DNA of 64,000 bases from Marsupella aquatica (taxonomy: Eukaryota; Plantae; Marchantiophyta): contig OZ316896.1 in assembly GCA_973895155.1 (NCBI GenBank), forward strand, positions 22,339,722 to 22,403,721, in the 5' to 3' direction. Below the pieces are notes generated by a model. The model was given only the letters and a program-made list of their open reading frames with translations. It made no database searches and had not been told where the DNA came from. Numbering within the stretch: the stretch's first letter is position 1; the number at the start of each line of letters is the position of its first letter. Below are positions 48,901-64,000 of the stretch, in pieces. A program made the position numbers and the translations under genes.

Positions 48901-51900
48901 CTGTGTCTGCAGTTAAAAGCGAAGATTCTTTACGTTGATCCTGTCACGAAGTCGGTGGGGTTGACGGTGAATGCGGATCTCCTCCATAACAGAGTTCCCT
49001 CTTTTGTAAGTATTAGTGGATTTCGTGGTTTGTGTTGTATTAAGTTGGCAAAATTACGATCTGTCTCGTCTTGTTTTCCACTGTAAATGTCAAGCAGCCC
49101 AGCCCAAAACTATGAAGAACAAACTTTGAAATCTGAAAAGTAACCATTTGCAGAGAAATCTAATTTATTTATTTTAAAATTCAGCTGCCAAACTACAGTA
49201 ATTTTTTAATCCTTTTACAAAAACAATAGATGGTGGACATGGGGGTTACTTTCGACAATGCCATTGTGCACCGAGTTGATCCTACTTTGGGCCTTCTTCT
49301 TGAGCTTCCATCGAAACCCACTCCAACGGCTGGTTATGTACATGTAAGGATTCCACTTCCTTTATCCTAGTAATCTTCAACCGCGAGAACGTTGTCGTGA
49401 TAGTGGTAGCAGTTCTAGGTTGTTCATCAGACTTTCCCTGTATGTCATGATACAAAAGTACCCTGTATATCATGATACAAAAGGTACCCGGTGCTTGACC
49501 CTGCTAACTTACTGGTTACCGGATTAACGTTCTCGTGTCCTCTGTGTAGATCTCGAATGCTTCGGATGAACATATCGAGAAGTTAGAAAAGAAGTTCAGT
49601 GAAGGAAGGAAAGTTAAAGCAAGAGTCACTGGATTCAGGATGATGGATGGCCTCGCCACTGTCAGTTTGAAGGTCAGAACTCAAGCCTGGCACAAAGCTC
49701 CTTGCTCACTCTGCTCTTGAAGAATCATCTGCATATCGATAGGTTCATGCGGTTGTCAGGAGTGCATCGGGTGTTCTCCTTTATTGTTGCAAAATTGGGA
49801 AGTATTCATTATTCCGTTTGTCATCGTATGCCTTCAATAGGAGAAAGCCGAAATGCATCGTTTTTTACTTCTTTATGTTTTTGGTTTGGTGTGTGTGTAC
49901 GCGTGATTGCATTTTTACTTCTTCTGTACTTTCAGTCCACCAGCATGCACATCAGTCTCCATCTGCTTAACTGCCTTCGACAGAAATTCAGAGTGACGCT
50001 GTAGTCCTTACTTGATGGCCTTTGTGTTTAATTGTGAGCAGAAAACAGTGTTGGATCAGCTACTCCTAAGTCATGCTGATGTCAAGGCAGGGATGGTGGT
50101 ACATGGCAACGTTACAGCTGCGGAACCGTTCGGTGCAATTGTCCTACTGGGTGAAAGTCTGAAGGCTCTCTGTCCACTACAGCACATGTCTGAGTATCAA
50201 CGGGTTGCACCCAGCCCTAAATTCCAGGTAACGGCAGTTGTGAAGCTACCTTAGTTACAATAATTTTGTTTAAATTTATATTGAACAATGTTCTACTTTG
50301 TAATAGAACCCATCACTCACGTTTCTCCATGCCATCAGGTTGGTGCGAGACTTAAGTTCAGAGTGTTGACATCCGATTTGCAGTCGAAGAAAATTACGCT
50401 TACACACAAGAAAACTCTTGTAAGCATTATACCGTCTATCTTTGTAAATTTGTATTTGGGGCCACTTTGATGGAAAGGATTTAGTGCTCGTTTTCAAGAA
50501 GTTAGAAAGGATATCTTTGTTTAAATAGTCATTTGCAAATATATTCTAAAGAAGTTTGCTCTGATATAATTGTTTTTCACGATACGCAAATCTCGTTAAA
50601 GGGTCCTTCGTGGTCAACGTTGTAGAAGGTGAAGACTGAGGATGGAGGTCATTTTTAACTAACCCAAATTTGAGCTCACCAAGCTTCAATCTAAGTTTAC
50701 AGCAACAAACTGGTTATTCATCGGCGGCATCATTCGGTGATTTTCCATGCAGGTCTCTTCGAAGCTTACTCCCATTACGAGTTATGATGATGCAGTTGAG
50801 GGTCTGGTGACACATGGGTGGATTACAGGCTTTGCAGATTTCGGATGCTTTGTGAGCTTCTACAATGATGTTAAAGGTCTTGCTCATAGGTAAGGCAAGT
50901 TGTTAGTACTTCGGTTCATTTTCCGTCGTACTTTTTCAAACAGATGAGGAGTTAGCCACATCTGATTTTATTTGTGAAACTTAGGAGCATCTCTCTGAGC
51001 ACCTTGAGAACACCGCTTCATGATTCCTTTGAACTTGTAATGATTCCAGGACAGAGCTAGGTATTACTCCAGGCACCAAAGCGGAGACTGTGTTTCAACT
51101 TGGACAGTGTGTGAAGTGTCGGGTTTTGAGATCAGACTCTTCAGTTCAGCGATTATCTATCAGCTTTGTCACTGTTAAGACAAGGTACTTATCCGTCGGC
51201 TTAAAGCGACGAATTCATATTGTTTGCTCAGGACCGTTTTAGTGCTAGCAAATGCAAGGGTAGATCTTGAAATTACATGTTTATTATCGTGTGCTCGTTT
51301 TAGTTAATTATCTAAACTAAAAGAGTCCCGGAAGTATATCACCTTCGAGTTTCTTGGTGCCTTGGTAGATTCTTAAGTAATAATAACTATTATTGGCGTG
51401 TAGCTAATTTACTTCCTTAAGTAATCATAGTGCAATTCGCTTCCAGGACGAATGACGAGACCGAGGTGGAAGATGATATAAAACCAGGGAGTATAGTGTC
51501 TGGGACCATTGTGCACATGAAAGAAAAGTCCATAATTCTTGATGTGCTTCTTCCCCAAGGTTTCACCAAGGGTGTCCTTACACACAACCATTTGTCGGAC
51601 AATCCAGGTTTGTGACTTTGGAAACGCACTTTCTGAAGTGTTTCGTCAGTTTTACTGACTAATAATTCATATGGACATTCTCAGCAGTTGCAATGCGGGC
51701 TGACAGGACGTGCTGATTGTGCAGGTCATGTTGATCAGCTGAAGACCTTGTTGAAGTCGGGCTACAAGTTTGATCGTCTACTAGTCCTCGGTATAACTCG
51801 CTGCTGGCACAAGCATTATCTCGCCGTCTTTATCTACTTTTACTTTTTTTTTACACTACGTATCTGTTTGGCTATTAAAACATCAGGGAGTACCTGAAAG

Positions 51901-54900
51901 TCGAAGGAGCTTTTGGATGTCCCAAACCATTTGTTCTGTAGTAGAGCACCTTTGAGCAGTTTGTTGTGTTTGTTGCAATGCAAATCACTCTTCCGCTAAC
52001 TACACGAGATTCGAGTGCTAATTATGCAGAGAAGGTCAACAACAAGATGATTCTATCAGCCAAATTTTCGCTCCTGCAAGCATCAAATCTACCTGCAGAC
52101 ATTTCGCAACTTCATACCAAGGCTGTTTATCAGGTGAGCTCAGGAATTGATTTGATCTTGTACAACCGTGCACAGCAGAGTGGTTGTTTAGCTGAACTGG
52201 TTCTAAAATCTACTGGTTTCATTCAAGTTCAAAAGAGTAGTGATGCTTATATCAAATAAACATATCTGCGAATTGTCGGGGTAAGGATCCACCTGAATTA
52301 ACGTGAATCGGTGACAACTTTCGTACTAGCAAGATATTTCTTTCTTCTTTCATGGTCTGTTTTCTATTTCTTGTTATTTGTTGGCCTTTCTAATCTTCAT
52401 TTTCGAATCGCAGGGATTCATTGCGAGCATCACTGAAAATGGATGTTTTGTGCGATTTCTTTCACGACTTACTGGACTGGCCAGCACACCTCAAGTATGT
52501 TGTCGATGTGTTTCATCTGGTTTGAGCCAATTGTCTAAACCTTGGCGTTAATAGATGGATTGCAAACCATTACTGTGCTGCCCAATGAAGCATCCTATAC
52601 GGTTCTTAGCAATGGAGATCGATTTTGCAGTACTTGAGAACTTTCCTTTTCAAAGTGTAATTCTGCTGTAGAGGAAATTCGTTTAATGTCATTGTTTATT
52701 GTGGGCAGGTTGCAGATACGTTTGTTGCTGATGCTTCTCAATTTTTCATTGTCGGTCAGAGCGTCCGTGCTCAAGTACTTGAGGTAAAGGTTATTTACTC
52801 TGTTGAGTTGTCGATAGGTCTCAAACTATGTTGCGGTTGTGTAATTTCCAAATTTCTTTGAATCTGATGCGTCACTTGCATGTAACAGTTCTCAATCCAG
52901 GTGTGCTATTTGCCTGTTCATGAGTTCGATTTGCGATTTCTCTCGTTACGAGGAAAGTTGGTCATGATGATGAATTGTTTTCGTAAACATCGAATGTCTC
53001 TGACTTCCTACACCTGTTATAAATCTCCTGTCAAAAGCCCTTTTTGTGGTTTATTCTTCTAACAATTCTCTCATCTTTAAATGGTCACTGAAGTAGGCTG
53101 ACAATCGGCATGCCCAGGTGAAAGAGGACGTGGCCAGATTTTCTCTCAGCTTGAAGCATTCAGTTTGTTTTTCCACAGACGCCAGCCTTGTGGAAGGGTA
53201 TTTCATGGAGGAAGAAAAGGTAACATAAAGCAGCTAGATACTGTTTGTTAGGTATTTCAATATTGTTGCAATTGGCGTTGGCGAGAACAAAGCAGGCCAT
53301 ATCCTGAAAGTGTCTAAGGTCTACTCTAAAATTGGCATCTGCAGCTCTTTGAATTGTCTCCAAAATCAACAGCCAACGCGAAAGATGAATGGTCAGAGGA
53401 TTTGAAGATTGGAAGTTTTGTTGAAGGCGAGATCCAGGACATCAAAGATTATGGTGTCATCATGAACCTCTACAAGCACAAGGAAATTGTTGGTTTTTTG
53501 ACTCATTATCAATGTAAGAATTTTTCTAGCGTTCCTCCGGAATGCCCTACAAGAGTCTCTGCAAACTCTTTCTTCACCAAGTCTCCTTTACTTGAGTGGA
53601 TTCACTTACCGTTGTGGTTCTATGAACCCGAGTTTATATTGCGAGCCATCTCTGCTGCTTCGGTTTGCTTAATTGCCCCGTCAGTCCAAGCTCAGACGGT
53701 ATTGCAGTATCTACATCGCAGATGCTTCTCTTTTGAATAAGAATTTCTTATGTTGAGTAGAAATTGGATTTACAGATAACAATCCCCTTTGTAGAAGGTC
53801 ATCTGATATGTATGGTACTTCAAATGTGCAGTAGGCGAGACTGTGGAAGTTGGCAAGAAAGTCAAAGCACGAGTGTTAGATGTCGTGAAGGCAGATGGTA
53901 TTGTGGATCTTACCCTCCGACCAGAGCTGTTCCAGCCAGCAGAATTGTCATCAACCAAGAGCAAGAATGCTGAGTCGAAGGTTCCTTCTTTTCCTAACCA
54001 TAAAAGTCAGTTTCTAAAGTTATATACTGATTTTTAAATAGTAGTCCTTTGCAAGAAAAGCTTTCTTTCATATTTTGCCATCAAGTGTCTAGATGTCTCT
54101 GAAATTGCCTTCATTGTCCTTGTCGCACTGCTTATTTGACTGACACTGCCAACCAAGAGAACTGAGGAAACCGAGCTTCATAGAAAGGTGCTCCTGTGTA
54201 CCTTCGTGGTAGACTCGAGCACTCTTCATTTTTTCCACATCTGAAAAATATGGCTGAAGACGTGCCAAATTGTGTCGCAATTTTGCTGGATGGACTTGAG
54301 ACTTCCATGGAGGATCTCGTTCATCAATAAAATTCCTACATCAATGATGGCTGTCGATATGTCAACAAGCGAACTTTCTAAGTACCTATGTTTTAAACAC
54401 CTTGCAAAACCGCTGCTTCATAAATTTGGCTGATCAAGAGTTTCTGAGTTGGCCCTATGGAGGAAAAGGAGGGCCCTACGTACAAAAATAGGCTTTCGTG
54501 ATTGGTACTGCCTTTCTGATGGTCAGTCGTTATTTGAGATCAAATCGGCTTTTCATACCTGCATGGATGGATCTTACCCTCCGACCATATGTATAAGGGC
54601 CGGTACTTGAGCTATTTTGAATGTCTGTTGTAAGCCTCCCGTTCTTCGGCCGACTAGAGTCGAAATGTGTGTCGCTGTAGTATATTTAGCAGATTAATGT
54701 CTTTATTATTTTTGTTTGCGTGCCGAAAGCAGAAGCGGAAACACGCAGAGTCTCATACACCGGAGCTTCAAGCACAGGTTACAGCATTGGTGGAGCTTGT
54801 GAAAGACGAGTATCTGGTACTATTCGAGCCTCCTGCTGTCAATAATAGTACGCTTTAGTTATTGTCTTCGTTGTGGGTAAAAACTTTCTGGATTCATTCT

Positions 54901-57900
54901 CTTGCAGGTCGAAAATAAGGGCTACACTGCATGATTCTTTGTGTCATGGTAATGACCTTTTTCATCATCACAGGTCGTGTCACTGCCGGATCATGAAAAT
55001 TTGATTGCTTTTGCATCTACCCGTGATTACAACTTGCGCGTACTAGATCCACACCAGCTTTATCAACCTGGGCAGAGGTACATCCTTCCTTCTAAAGGTT
55101 AAGTGATTGACTTCATTGTACTTTCCAATTCATTTAAGGTAATTCCGGTGTTTACCTCAACCACTTGATTTTTCGTCTGGAGGCAGTGATGGTCGGCAAA
55201 ACTTTTTCTAGTGCAAGCTCGATATGGTTTTGTGTCTTCAATCCAATGTGAAGTTGTGCAAGCTGACTGCGGCTTACTGTTGATTTTGAGCAGGCTTACA
55301 GCAACTGTTCAGAATCTGCCCCAAGCATCCACAGGTGGCAGACTTCTACTCCTCCTTGTTAACACCAATGAGAACGTAGCACCGGAGAGAAAGAAGGCAC
55401 GAAAGAACTTCAAATGTGATCCTGGCTCTGTAGTGGAAGGGGAGGTATATGTGGCTTCCACAGCTAAACTTACTCTGCCTTCTAGGTCGTGATTGTGCTG
55501 TTCTGCGGTATCTAGTTGTAGACTTGACTCTCTGTTGTTTCTTCATCGTCTGATCGGATTGGGGTGTGGAATCGTTAGGTTAGAGCTCTTATTGATGACC
55601 TGCTGGGCTTGTTTCTTCAGGTTATCTCTGTCGATTCTTCAACCCTGACGTTGGCTGTGGGGAGGAACTTTAAGGGTACAATCCATATCACGGAGGTAAG
55701 ACTTTCAGAAACCACACATCCAAGAGATTTACGTAAAGGTTGAAATGGATCAGCAGCAATTTTCTCGCGTTCGCTTCGATTTTGAAACTGAACCCTGTTG
55801 TGGATGTTGCGAAAACACGAAGAGCAAAATGAAGGGTCAAATACAGTTCAGCAATATAATGTGTCCCACCAGTTCTCATTAAAGTTTTAGCTGCCTAGCC
55901 CTTACCTTGAAGCTTGCTGTACTGGCTCCTTCTCCTAGGTCTGGGATGACTTTCAAGAAGGACATCCATTCAGTAGTTATCAAGTTGGACAGACCGTGAC
56001 AGCAAAGGTGTTGGCCAAAGTACGAGTTCCAAGAATCAAGGCAGGAAGTGGATATTTCCATCTTGAACTCTCTGTTCGCCCTTCCGAACTTGCAGGTTTT
56101 TAGCCATTCCTCCTATTAAATGACTGGTTACTCGTACAGTTGCCATCGTTGCTGCCTCATATATTTTTGTTCCAGGAAGATGAATGCATAGTGCTGCAAC
56201 GTTGGTCACCGCATTTGTCTACTACCATGAGAACCTGGATCTTCTCATTAGCAATACTCTTTGCCATTCTAACGTCTCAGATGTCTTGGCACAGTTGAAG
56301 ATTATGTGGAGGCTGAGAAACCTGGTGGCCGCCCCTCGTTTGACACGGTTACAGTGGGGCAATTGGTCACAGCTTACGTACAAGAAATCAGCGAAGAGAA
56401 AGCTTGGCTGCTCATTGGGCCCCATTTGCGGGGTCGTTTGTTTGTCCTGGATTCGTCGACCGACCCGTCAGAGCTTGCCCGGTTCAAAGATAGGTTTCAA
56501 GTTGGGAATGCTGTGCTCTGCCGTGTCTCCGGAAAGGACATGGGAAGAGGGACTTTAGATTTGTCTTTAAGAGATGTTCCGAATGGCGCAGAATTATCCA
56601 GCAGCTCCGATGGACAGATGCTTGACGGCAAGCATAGTGAGCCTCAGATGACGCTAAAGCCTGACATGATTCTGGGTGGAAGAGTAGCAAAGATATTTCC
56701 AGAGGCTGGTGGGCTCAGTGTGCAACTAGGCAGTAATTTGTTTGGGAGGGTCAATATCACCCATTTGTCTGACATTTGGAAGGATAACCCAGAGAAAGAT
56801 TTTCGAGAGGGTCAATTCGTCCGATGCGTTGTATTAGAGGTGGGGACTTCCTTTGATGGAAAGCCACGGATAGACTTGTCGTTTAGGCCTTCTTTGGGAG
56901 GTCGTGGAAGTGAAAACTCGAAAAGCAGCCAAAACCTTACGTATGTGCTTCTTTAAGCATTTCCTTCTTATAGCAGACTGAAGATCTGTTTATGTGTGTT
57001 GTGAAGTTAAATTTGGCTTCCCTTTGCATCTTCCGCATGTTGTGGCTTCCGGAGAGTGACTTTCAAAAATAATTACCTTGACCCTCGTAAAATCGACCAC
57101 TGATTTGTGTTTCTGTACCACTTGCAGGGGAGAGATAGCTGCATCAATAGAGACTTTGGAGGACCTGTCACTGGGTCTTTTAACACAGGTATTTTCTATT
57201 CTTTACAGGGGGAGAGTAGAAGGTTACAAATGAGTATTCTGTTATATCTATTCTGGTGTTTTGCTGAAGATTTGTATTTAATGTAGATGTAGATTGCTGT
57301 GTTGGGATTCATGATTATTCGAATGTGAGATTCTTCCAAACTGAGGTCTTGGTCTTGTTGGTTTCAGGGTTATGTGAAGAGTGTCTCCAAGAAGGGGTGC
57401 TTCGTAACGCTTTCCCGAACAGTGGATGCGAGAATTCTTCTTTCCGAGTTATCAGACACATTTGTGGCTGACCCAATTCAAAGTTTTCCACCCGGGAAGG
57501 TGGTGAAGGGCAGGTACTGGATGCAAAAGAAATCATCTATAAATCATGTCGTACAATTTTTTTCACTACTTCAGCTTAGAAACATCTAATTCTACCATCT
57601 TCTTACTTCGTTGTGGGTCACTGTGGTGCGATAGCTCTGTCCACTAGAAAGCTGACGACGTTTGTGATATAGATCAACTACGCTCAAAAATATTTCTATA
57701 AATCCGAAGAATGGGGACCTAAGACTATTGAAAAGAATCTTCATAGAATTGTTCTCATTTTCAGTTAAGTCGTGATCTTGTCGCAAACAATGTGAGAGAT
57801 TGGGAAGTTTGTGATTTGCAGACGTTCCCGTACAACGCAATTTCTAGCTGGACTTGCACTGTGCATCTTAGCTTTGAGGCATGTATTTGCTTATATCTTT

Positions 57901-60900
57901 GCTCTCATTTGCTTCAGAATAACAAGTCTTGAACCCCTTTCGAGACGCGTGGAGATGTCCTTAAAGACATCTGCCTCTCTCACTAAAAACCCAGGAAAGG
58001 GTAAGATTCTTAATGAAGTTCGCCTGGAAGATATTAACGTTGGAGATATACTCAATGGTCAAATCCGTCGAATTGAGAACTTTGGCGTGTTCATCACGAT
58101 TGAGAGCAGTAGCCTGGTAAGATGCTCACCCAACAACTTTTTTCCCCCTTACACTAGGTTAAGTATTTTCAGTATTTTGCTTTCAACGCCTGAAACGTCT
58201 TCACGTTGTAAATATTAATTGGCCTTATTTTCTTGTATGAAATCTAGGTTGGGATGTGCCATGTGTCTGAGCTTTCAGACGGCTACGTAAAGAACATAGA
58301 GCAACACTTCAATGTTGGGCAGAATGTTCGAGCAAAGGTGGTCAAGGTAAATCCCCAATTGATATGTGGCAGTCGATTAATGTGAGAAGCAACCCCGCCA
58401 AGTATTTGGCATTCTCAAAAACATCAAAAAATTAAAAGAGAAACGAAATAAGGTGAAAAGTTGAAAATCATTTCATGGATGGGCATTTACCCTGTCTGCT
58501 TGCCATTTTCCGAGTAAGTCTAGAGCTGGAAACTGACTTCCGGAAAATGTTACTGGATAGGTCGACTTGGATAACAAGCGCGTTTCTTTGGGATTAAAAG
58601 AGTCGTATTTCCAAGATCTGAAAGAAACCAAGGAAGTTGATGAGTACGGATCTCAAGGCCCTTCAGATGCAGATGCCAGTGACGATGACGAGGATGATAG
58701 AACTCTGGGTCATAACGACGAGGATGATCCTAAGGATACCGTTGTCACAAAGATTGACGACTACGTCGATCAGGAAAATGATGACCTCCATGTTCTGGTG
58801 GCTAAGAAGAAATCAGACACCACTAAACTATTAGACGAGGTACCTCCTTTACAAGTTGAGTTGGATCTAGATGAGAATGAACCTGAACCTAAAGAGACTG
58901 GGGATGGCGATGAAGATGACCTCGAGGTGGAAGAAGATGGCGATGCAACAGCCAAGGCAAGCCTACGTGCCAAGAAGCGCTTGAAAAAGCAGAGGTGCGG
59001 ATGAATAGTACTGCTTTTGAACTTTCAGATGAGTGGTTTGTTTTCCTTTAGATTTGGAAACTTAGCCATTTATGTTGGCTTCACAAATTGTTACCTCAAC
59101 CCATCTGTGAAGTCTCAACATTTTAACTTGTCTTCAGCACGTGTTTCGCGAAGCACTTTGCAAAATCCTTATTTTGGTTTAAGACCTTATAAGAATCCAT
59201 ACGGCTTGGAAACTCTCGTATTTAGTTTGCTGCTTGATATTTTACAGGGAAGCTGAAATCAGAGCTGCAGAAGAGAAGAGATTGCAACAGGAACAGGCAC
59301 CTGAAACAGTTGATGAGTTTGAGCAGTTGGTACGAACATCCCCAGACAGTAGCTATGTGTGGATCAAATACATGGCATTCATGCTTTCTATGGCAGATGT
59401 TGACAAAGCTCGGGAAATTGCAGAGAGGTAACAATGATCTTTTAGTTTGAAGTCGTCTGTGTCATCACTTTTCAATCCTTTCTTTGACTCCAAATTGCTT
59501 GTGAGCTCCTGTAAAGTTTAGAAATAATCTTTTAGGTCTTTCCTTTCTTTGACTCCAAATTGCTTGTGAGCTCCTGTAAAGTTTAGAAATAATCTTTTAG
59601 GTCTTTCACTAGGAAGATTCGTTGACCCGGCTGATTTATCCTACTTTAGGTAGATAAGATATCATCTCAAAAATCAAAATAAGAGTCAGACTAGCGTACT
59701 TCTCCAAAACCTCTTTCAGGCAATTCGATTGATAAACATTTATTCATGAGGTGAAAATCACCATTCACATATAGGGGATATCAGCAATCAAAAACCAGAG
59801 AATCGTAATCTTAAAATTGTAGATATTTCGAATTTGTTTTGACTGAACAAAGCTATGCCCATTTTGAATTGTCTCAAAACTAAACCTTGGCCTGGATTTT
59901 ACCAGGGCGCTGCAAATTATAAACTTCAGGGAGGAGGGGGAGAAGCTTAATATCTGGGTGGCATACTTGAATCTTGAGAATGCATATGGCAATCCAAAGA
60001 AGGTAAAACGATGAACTCTTTCTGGGATGAATTGATCTTCCAGACTAGATGCTTGCTACTAGTTTCGGCAGCCTCCAGTTCTCTACATATCTCTTGAGAG
60101 ATCCTGCCTATCCAAATGACGTATTTAAATTGTTCGGGAGGCCACCATGTAATCAGGCTGTTGGTTGGAGCATGCAGGAAGCGGTCTTGAAGGTCTTTCA
60201 GAAGGGCTTGCAGTACTGTGACCCAAAGAAGCTTTACCTGGCGTTACTTGGAATTTATGAGCGAACTGAACAGCATGACATGGTGGATGAGTTATTAAAG
60301 ACATTGCTTCGCAAGTTTAAGTCATCAGCCAAGGTTTGATTTCCCACACTACTATTTATCGGTATTGACGGCAGTCATGTATGCGCAGTGTTGCCTGAGC
60401 TGAATACCCATATTGTGATTGTTCAGGTCTGGCTGAAAACAATCCAGAACCTACTGAAGAGGGGTCTAGAGGATGGAGCTCAAAAGAATTTTGAGCAGTC
60501 TCTTCTTAGCCTACCCCGGAGGAAACATGTGAAGGTTATAAGTCAAGTTGCAATCATGGAGTTCAAGGTTGGCTCACCAGAAAGGGCTCGCACCATTTTT
60601 GAGGGAGTTGTTCGAAATTACCCCAAAAGAACTGACCTCTGGAGTGTTTACTTGGACCAGGTGACCTCTTTGTTTGAAATTTTGGAGCGGATGTTCGTGT
60701 GAGTCGTTGGAGTCTTCATGAATTCATTGTGTCCGGACACCCATATTCTGTTACAAGGAGGCTGACTTGTTTTACGCTGGTGTATTGCAGGAGATCCGCT
60801 TAGGAGATGTGAATGTAGTTCGGGCCTTGTTTGAGCGAGCTATATCATTGGAGCTTCCACCGAAAAAAATGAAGGTAACTTTCTTTGTTGCAATCATGTT

Positions 60901-61461
60901 TTCCCACAAACTAGGGGAGGGACATTATGTGGTCCTTCTGGAAGTTCAGCAGTTTAAGGTAAACCTGTTAGAATGCCTTGGGCTTCATCATCTTGAGAGT
61001 GCTGTACCTTCCTTTAACTTCACACATTTCATGAATTTCATCAAATTGAACACATCTTTATGCAGCGTTACACAGTTCTGCAAAGAGGGACGTGTCTTTG
61101 TGTTGTGTAACTTGGATCATTCGTAAGATTTATCAGTAATGTTTGAAAGATTTTTACTTTCTCTCGAACTTCGTTAGTGTGCACAGTTTCAATTTTGGTT
61201 CTGTTTCATGAAAATTCCAGACACGGATAATCTTTGAGCGAAGTGAAAGACAAGTAAAGTAGTAAAGATGTGTAATATCGAACCTCGTTGTTCATTAGAA
61301 TCTCTTAACGCACTGTCACTGTTCCTAATGTGATGAATCTGCTGAACTTTCAGTTTCTGTTCAAGAAATACCTGGACTTCGAGAATTCTCACGGAGACGA
61401 CGAACGCGCCAAGTATGTCAAGAGTAAAGCCATGGAGTATGTGGAAGCTAAGCTCGCATAA
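45977..61461 (+). CDS. RRP5: rRNA biogenesis protein RRP5 (many S1 domains plus C-terminal HAT repeats), more than 30 exons
   Basis: ATG 45977; PDFPRG|GAS; S1 repeats ([46 protein letters not shown]); HAT region ([63 protein letters not shown]); stop TAA at 61459-61461. Confidence 0.95.
59476..59607. repeat. Perfect 65-bp tandem duplication inside an RRP5 intron
   Basis: TCCTTTCTTTGACTCCAAATTGC...TTTTAGGTCTT at 59476 and 59541. Confidence 0.9.
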
Positions 61462-64000
61462 TCAACCAATGGCTCGAATTTGCACAAGGTACTACTGGCA
61501 AGGGAACATCGTACCAAGTGCCTACCTTCGTTTATTAGAGCATGTGTTCCCTTCTGGAGAGTACTCGAACTACTAAGGTGGCTCTCGATCGCTCAGTGAT
61601 CATTTGAGATTTTCCCTGACAATTTTGGTCTCCGCCACTTGTGGCAAACCGTCATGTCTAGCAATAGCAAGTAAGCTACAGCTTCCGATTTAATATTGGT
61701 GTGTTCCCACTCGGGAATTAGTGAGAGGTGAGGATAACGAGAGTGATGTCAACTGGTACCTGCATAGCTTGCCAGGTGGTTGACATTGAAACGAATGCTT
61801 TGTATGCAGCTTACTGACGATTACTGATATTTAGTGAAACAATACAAACGGATGCGTAAATTGTGCAGAATCCTGAAATGTTTAAGGATAGCTAAAATTA
61901 TGGGAGAACAACTGCAAACGCGTAGTACTTTTACTTTGATCTTTAGTTGGATGTGGCGGATTCTCATCAGTCAATTACATGGTCGTGGGGACTTTTGTGG
62001 CATTGATCTTTCCCCAGGCATTCGATATGACCAAGAACCTCGTCGTGTATTCATATCATCCACTCTATACTACTTACCAGTTCCCTTCCCCTACGCCTTC
62101 CTTATTTCCTTCTGAGGATCTTCATCAATAAGGGCTATTACAGTGTCCTCCCACCTCAAATCTCCAAAGCCCTGACGAATGGAACTGGAAGCTGTAACCA
62201 TCATTTAAATCTCAGTGTTAGCTATGTGGCCTTGGACAGGAAGTGAGATCGTTGCTTATATGCCAATGGACCCCCCGAAACCCAAATTTTGCTTTTGATG
62301 TCAAAACATTGTCACATGTTTATAGAGCTATTCATCAGATTAAAGAAGATTTTGTGGTGGTGGAAGATCACTGTGTGTGACCAGACTCAAGCATACGAAA
62401 TCAGAGGACTTAACTGAGGACTTAACCACTAATACAGTAACTTATGCAGCATCTTATTTCGTTTTGTGAAAACTGTTAACATATTTGTCCCATTGGTCCC
62501 TTGGAAGAAGGGAAGGACTGCTATTTCTCAAGGTGGTTAGATTTTGCTATCGCCACTATGTGAGCAATCACTACATTTTGTTATTTTTCGCAACGAGAAA
62601 ACTTTCTAATCCGGAAACTCATGACATTTTGTACTGTAAGTGCTTGATTTTGAAAAACTTTGGGAAATTGTTTTACCTCTATTTGGTTACCAAATAAGTT
62701 GGCACTCGATTGTTCATGTCTCCAGGTTTGTGCCCTTGGGCACCGTGATATATATTTCTTCATTCTGTGTCACTTGTTGTCAAAAGCAGTCCATTCAAAA
62801 GAGTGACTTGTCATCCTAGGTTAAGCAAGGTTGTGGATTGGTTCCTTTTAAAATGTTTTGGAAAAATTGCACAAAAAGAGTCACAACCTTTGCAGATAGG
62901 TCTAATACCATATGTTTTTACTCATATTGAGAAGAAACTCTGGGAACAAAACTTGGTTTCAAGTATCTTAATTTTAGTGTCATTTTTTTTCATGAAAACC
63001 CAACTTTCGGATTTCTTTTTGGGCTAGTGAGCATTTGGAGTCTTGCAGATACACTAGAATCTACCTCTTAAAAACAGCTATACATTTGTAGAGGAGGACG
63101 GAGGTAATATATATACACCATGGGAGGCTAGCAACCCTGCTGCAAAGAGGTGCCCCAAAGACTTTTAAATTCACTGATGGACTGCTGTGACTCACAAGGA
63201 ATCGGATTTGCCTGGCTAGCAGTACTTGCTGGCAATACTTGCTGGAAAAATCCCTGTTTACTCACATCTTACAACTTCAATTTTTGTGCCTGCAATGGGG
63301 CTTAAACTGATACCTATGTGTCACCACTCATGTTAACTTTCACTGGGCTGGGCCTAATTGGTGGCCAGCTCTCTTCACACTCTTATCCATGGGCAATATC
63401 TTGGGGCTTATCACTTGCCGCATCAATTTACAGCAGTGTTGGCCTTCATCTAGAATAAGAGGTCACCCCGAGGTGTATGCAAGACTGGAACTGTCTCTCG
63501 GCATTGGAGTGGGGGAGTAAGGGCCATAATGACAGATTGGCCACATGGAACCAGATTCAGGACAGGGGGTGGGTGATGTGGTGTGCGTTGGGAGTGGGGT
63601 AGACTGCCAGTGAGAATTTGGAGTTCCATTGATGAATTTGGAGGGCAGCAATCCCCCACCCCCACCACAATACTTGCAAAACAGACAAGCAAGTGTGGAG
63701 GTGGGATTCAAATCTCTGATCTCCAGAGTGCTCGTAGGCTGTCAAGTCATTCAATCCCTTTCCTTGAGAAAGCCAGCTCAGAACCTTAAGTTGGGTATTT
63801 TGAAATGTCGTAAGTAGTCAAGGACTTGGTGAGAGTAGGGATGTCAAGGCTAGTGCTCTTAGAATGTCAAGTCATTATCCATACTCTCCCCAAGTCCCAA
63901 CTACTTAGGGCATTTCCAAAACCCAAGTTAACCTCTACTTCACAGGGTTGTCGAGTAGTCAACCGCTCTGGATGGAAAGGTCACTTCTGAATATCTCAAG

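Noticed and set aside
62100-64000. Possible degenerate TE or coding remnants after RRP5
   Set aside because: Only short ORFs with no recognisable domains or boundaries

Overview
This is eukaryotic, intron-rich land-plant genomic DNA, most plausibly from a bryophyte or liverwort (inferred from gene content and style, not proven). Host genes: an intronless TPR+SET protein with a fungal-type N-terminal domain, RIT1-like tRNA A64 2'-O-ribosylphosphate transferase, a TIC32-like short-chain dehydrogenase, an intronless GDSL lipase, a conserved uncharacterised membrane protein, CJD1 and RRP5. Mobile and repeat DNA: a decayed P-element/THAP9-like DDE transposase at the window start, Helitron-like ends in inverted orientation around the SET gene, several tandem arrays, and a ~530-bp inverted repeat pair ~9.4 kb apart. 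Between those arms lies a full-length Ty1/copia LTR retrotransposon (310-bp LTRs, TGTCA target-site duplication, tRNA-iMet PBS, PPT). The most unusual feature is inside this copia: between pol and the 3' LTR is an intact antisense ORF encoding an N-terminal hydrophobic helix plus a C-terminal RNase H1 hybrid-binding / caulimovirus P6-type domain. It is a candidate retroelement-encoded, membrane-anchored dsRNA or RNA:DNA-binding accessory protein. All exon boundaries and identities were judged by eye; no searches were run.
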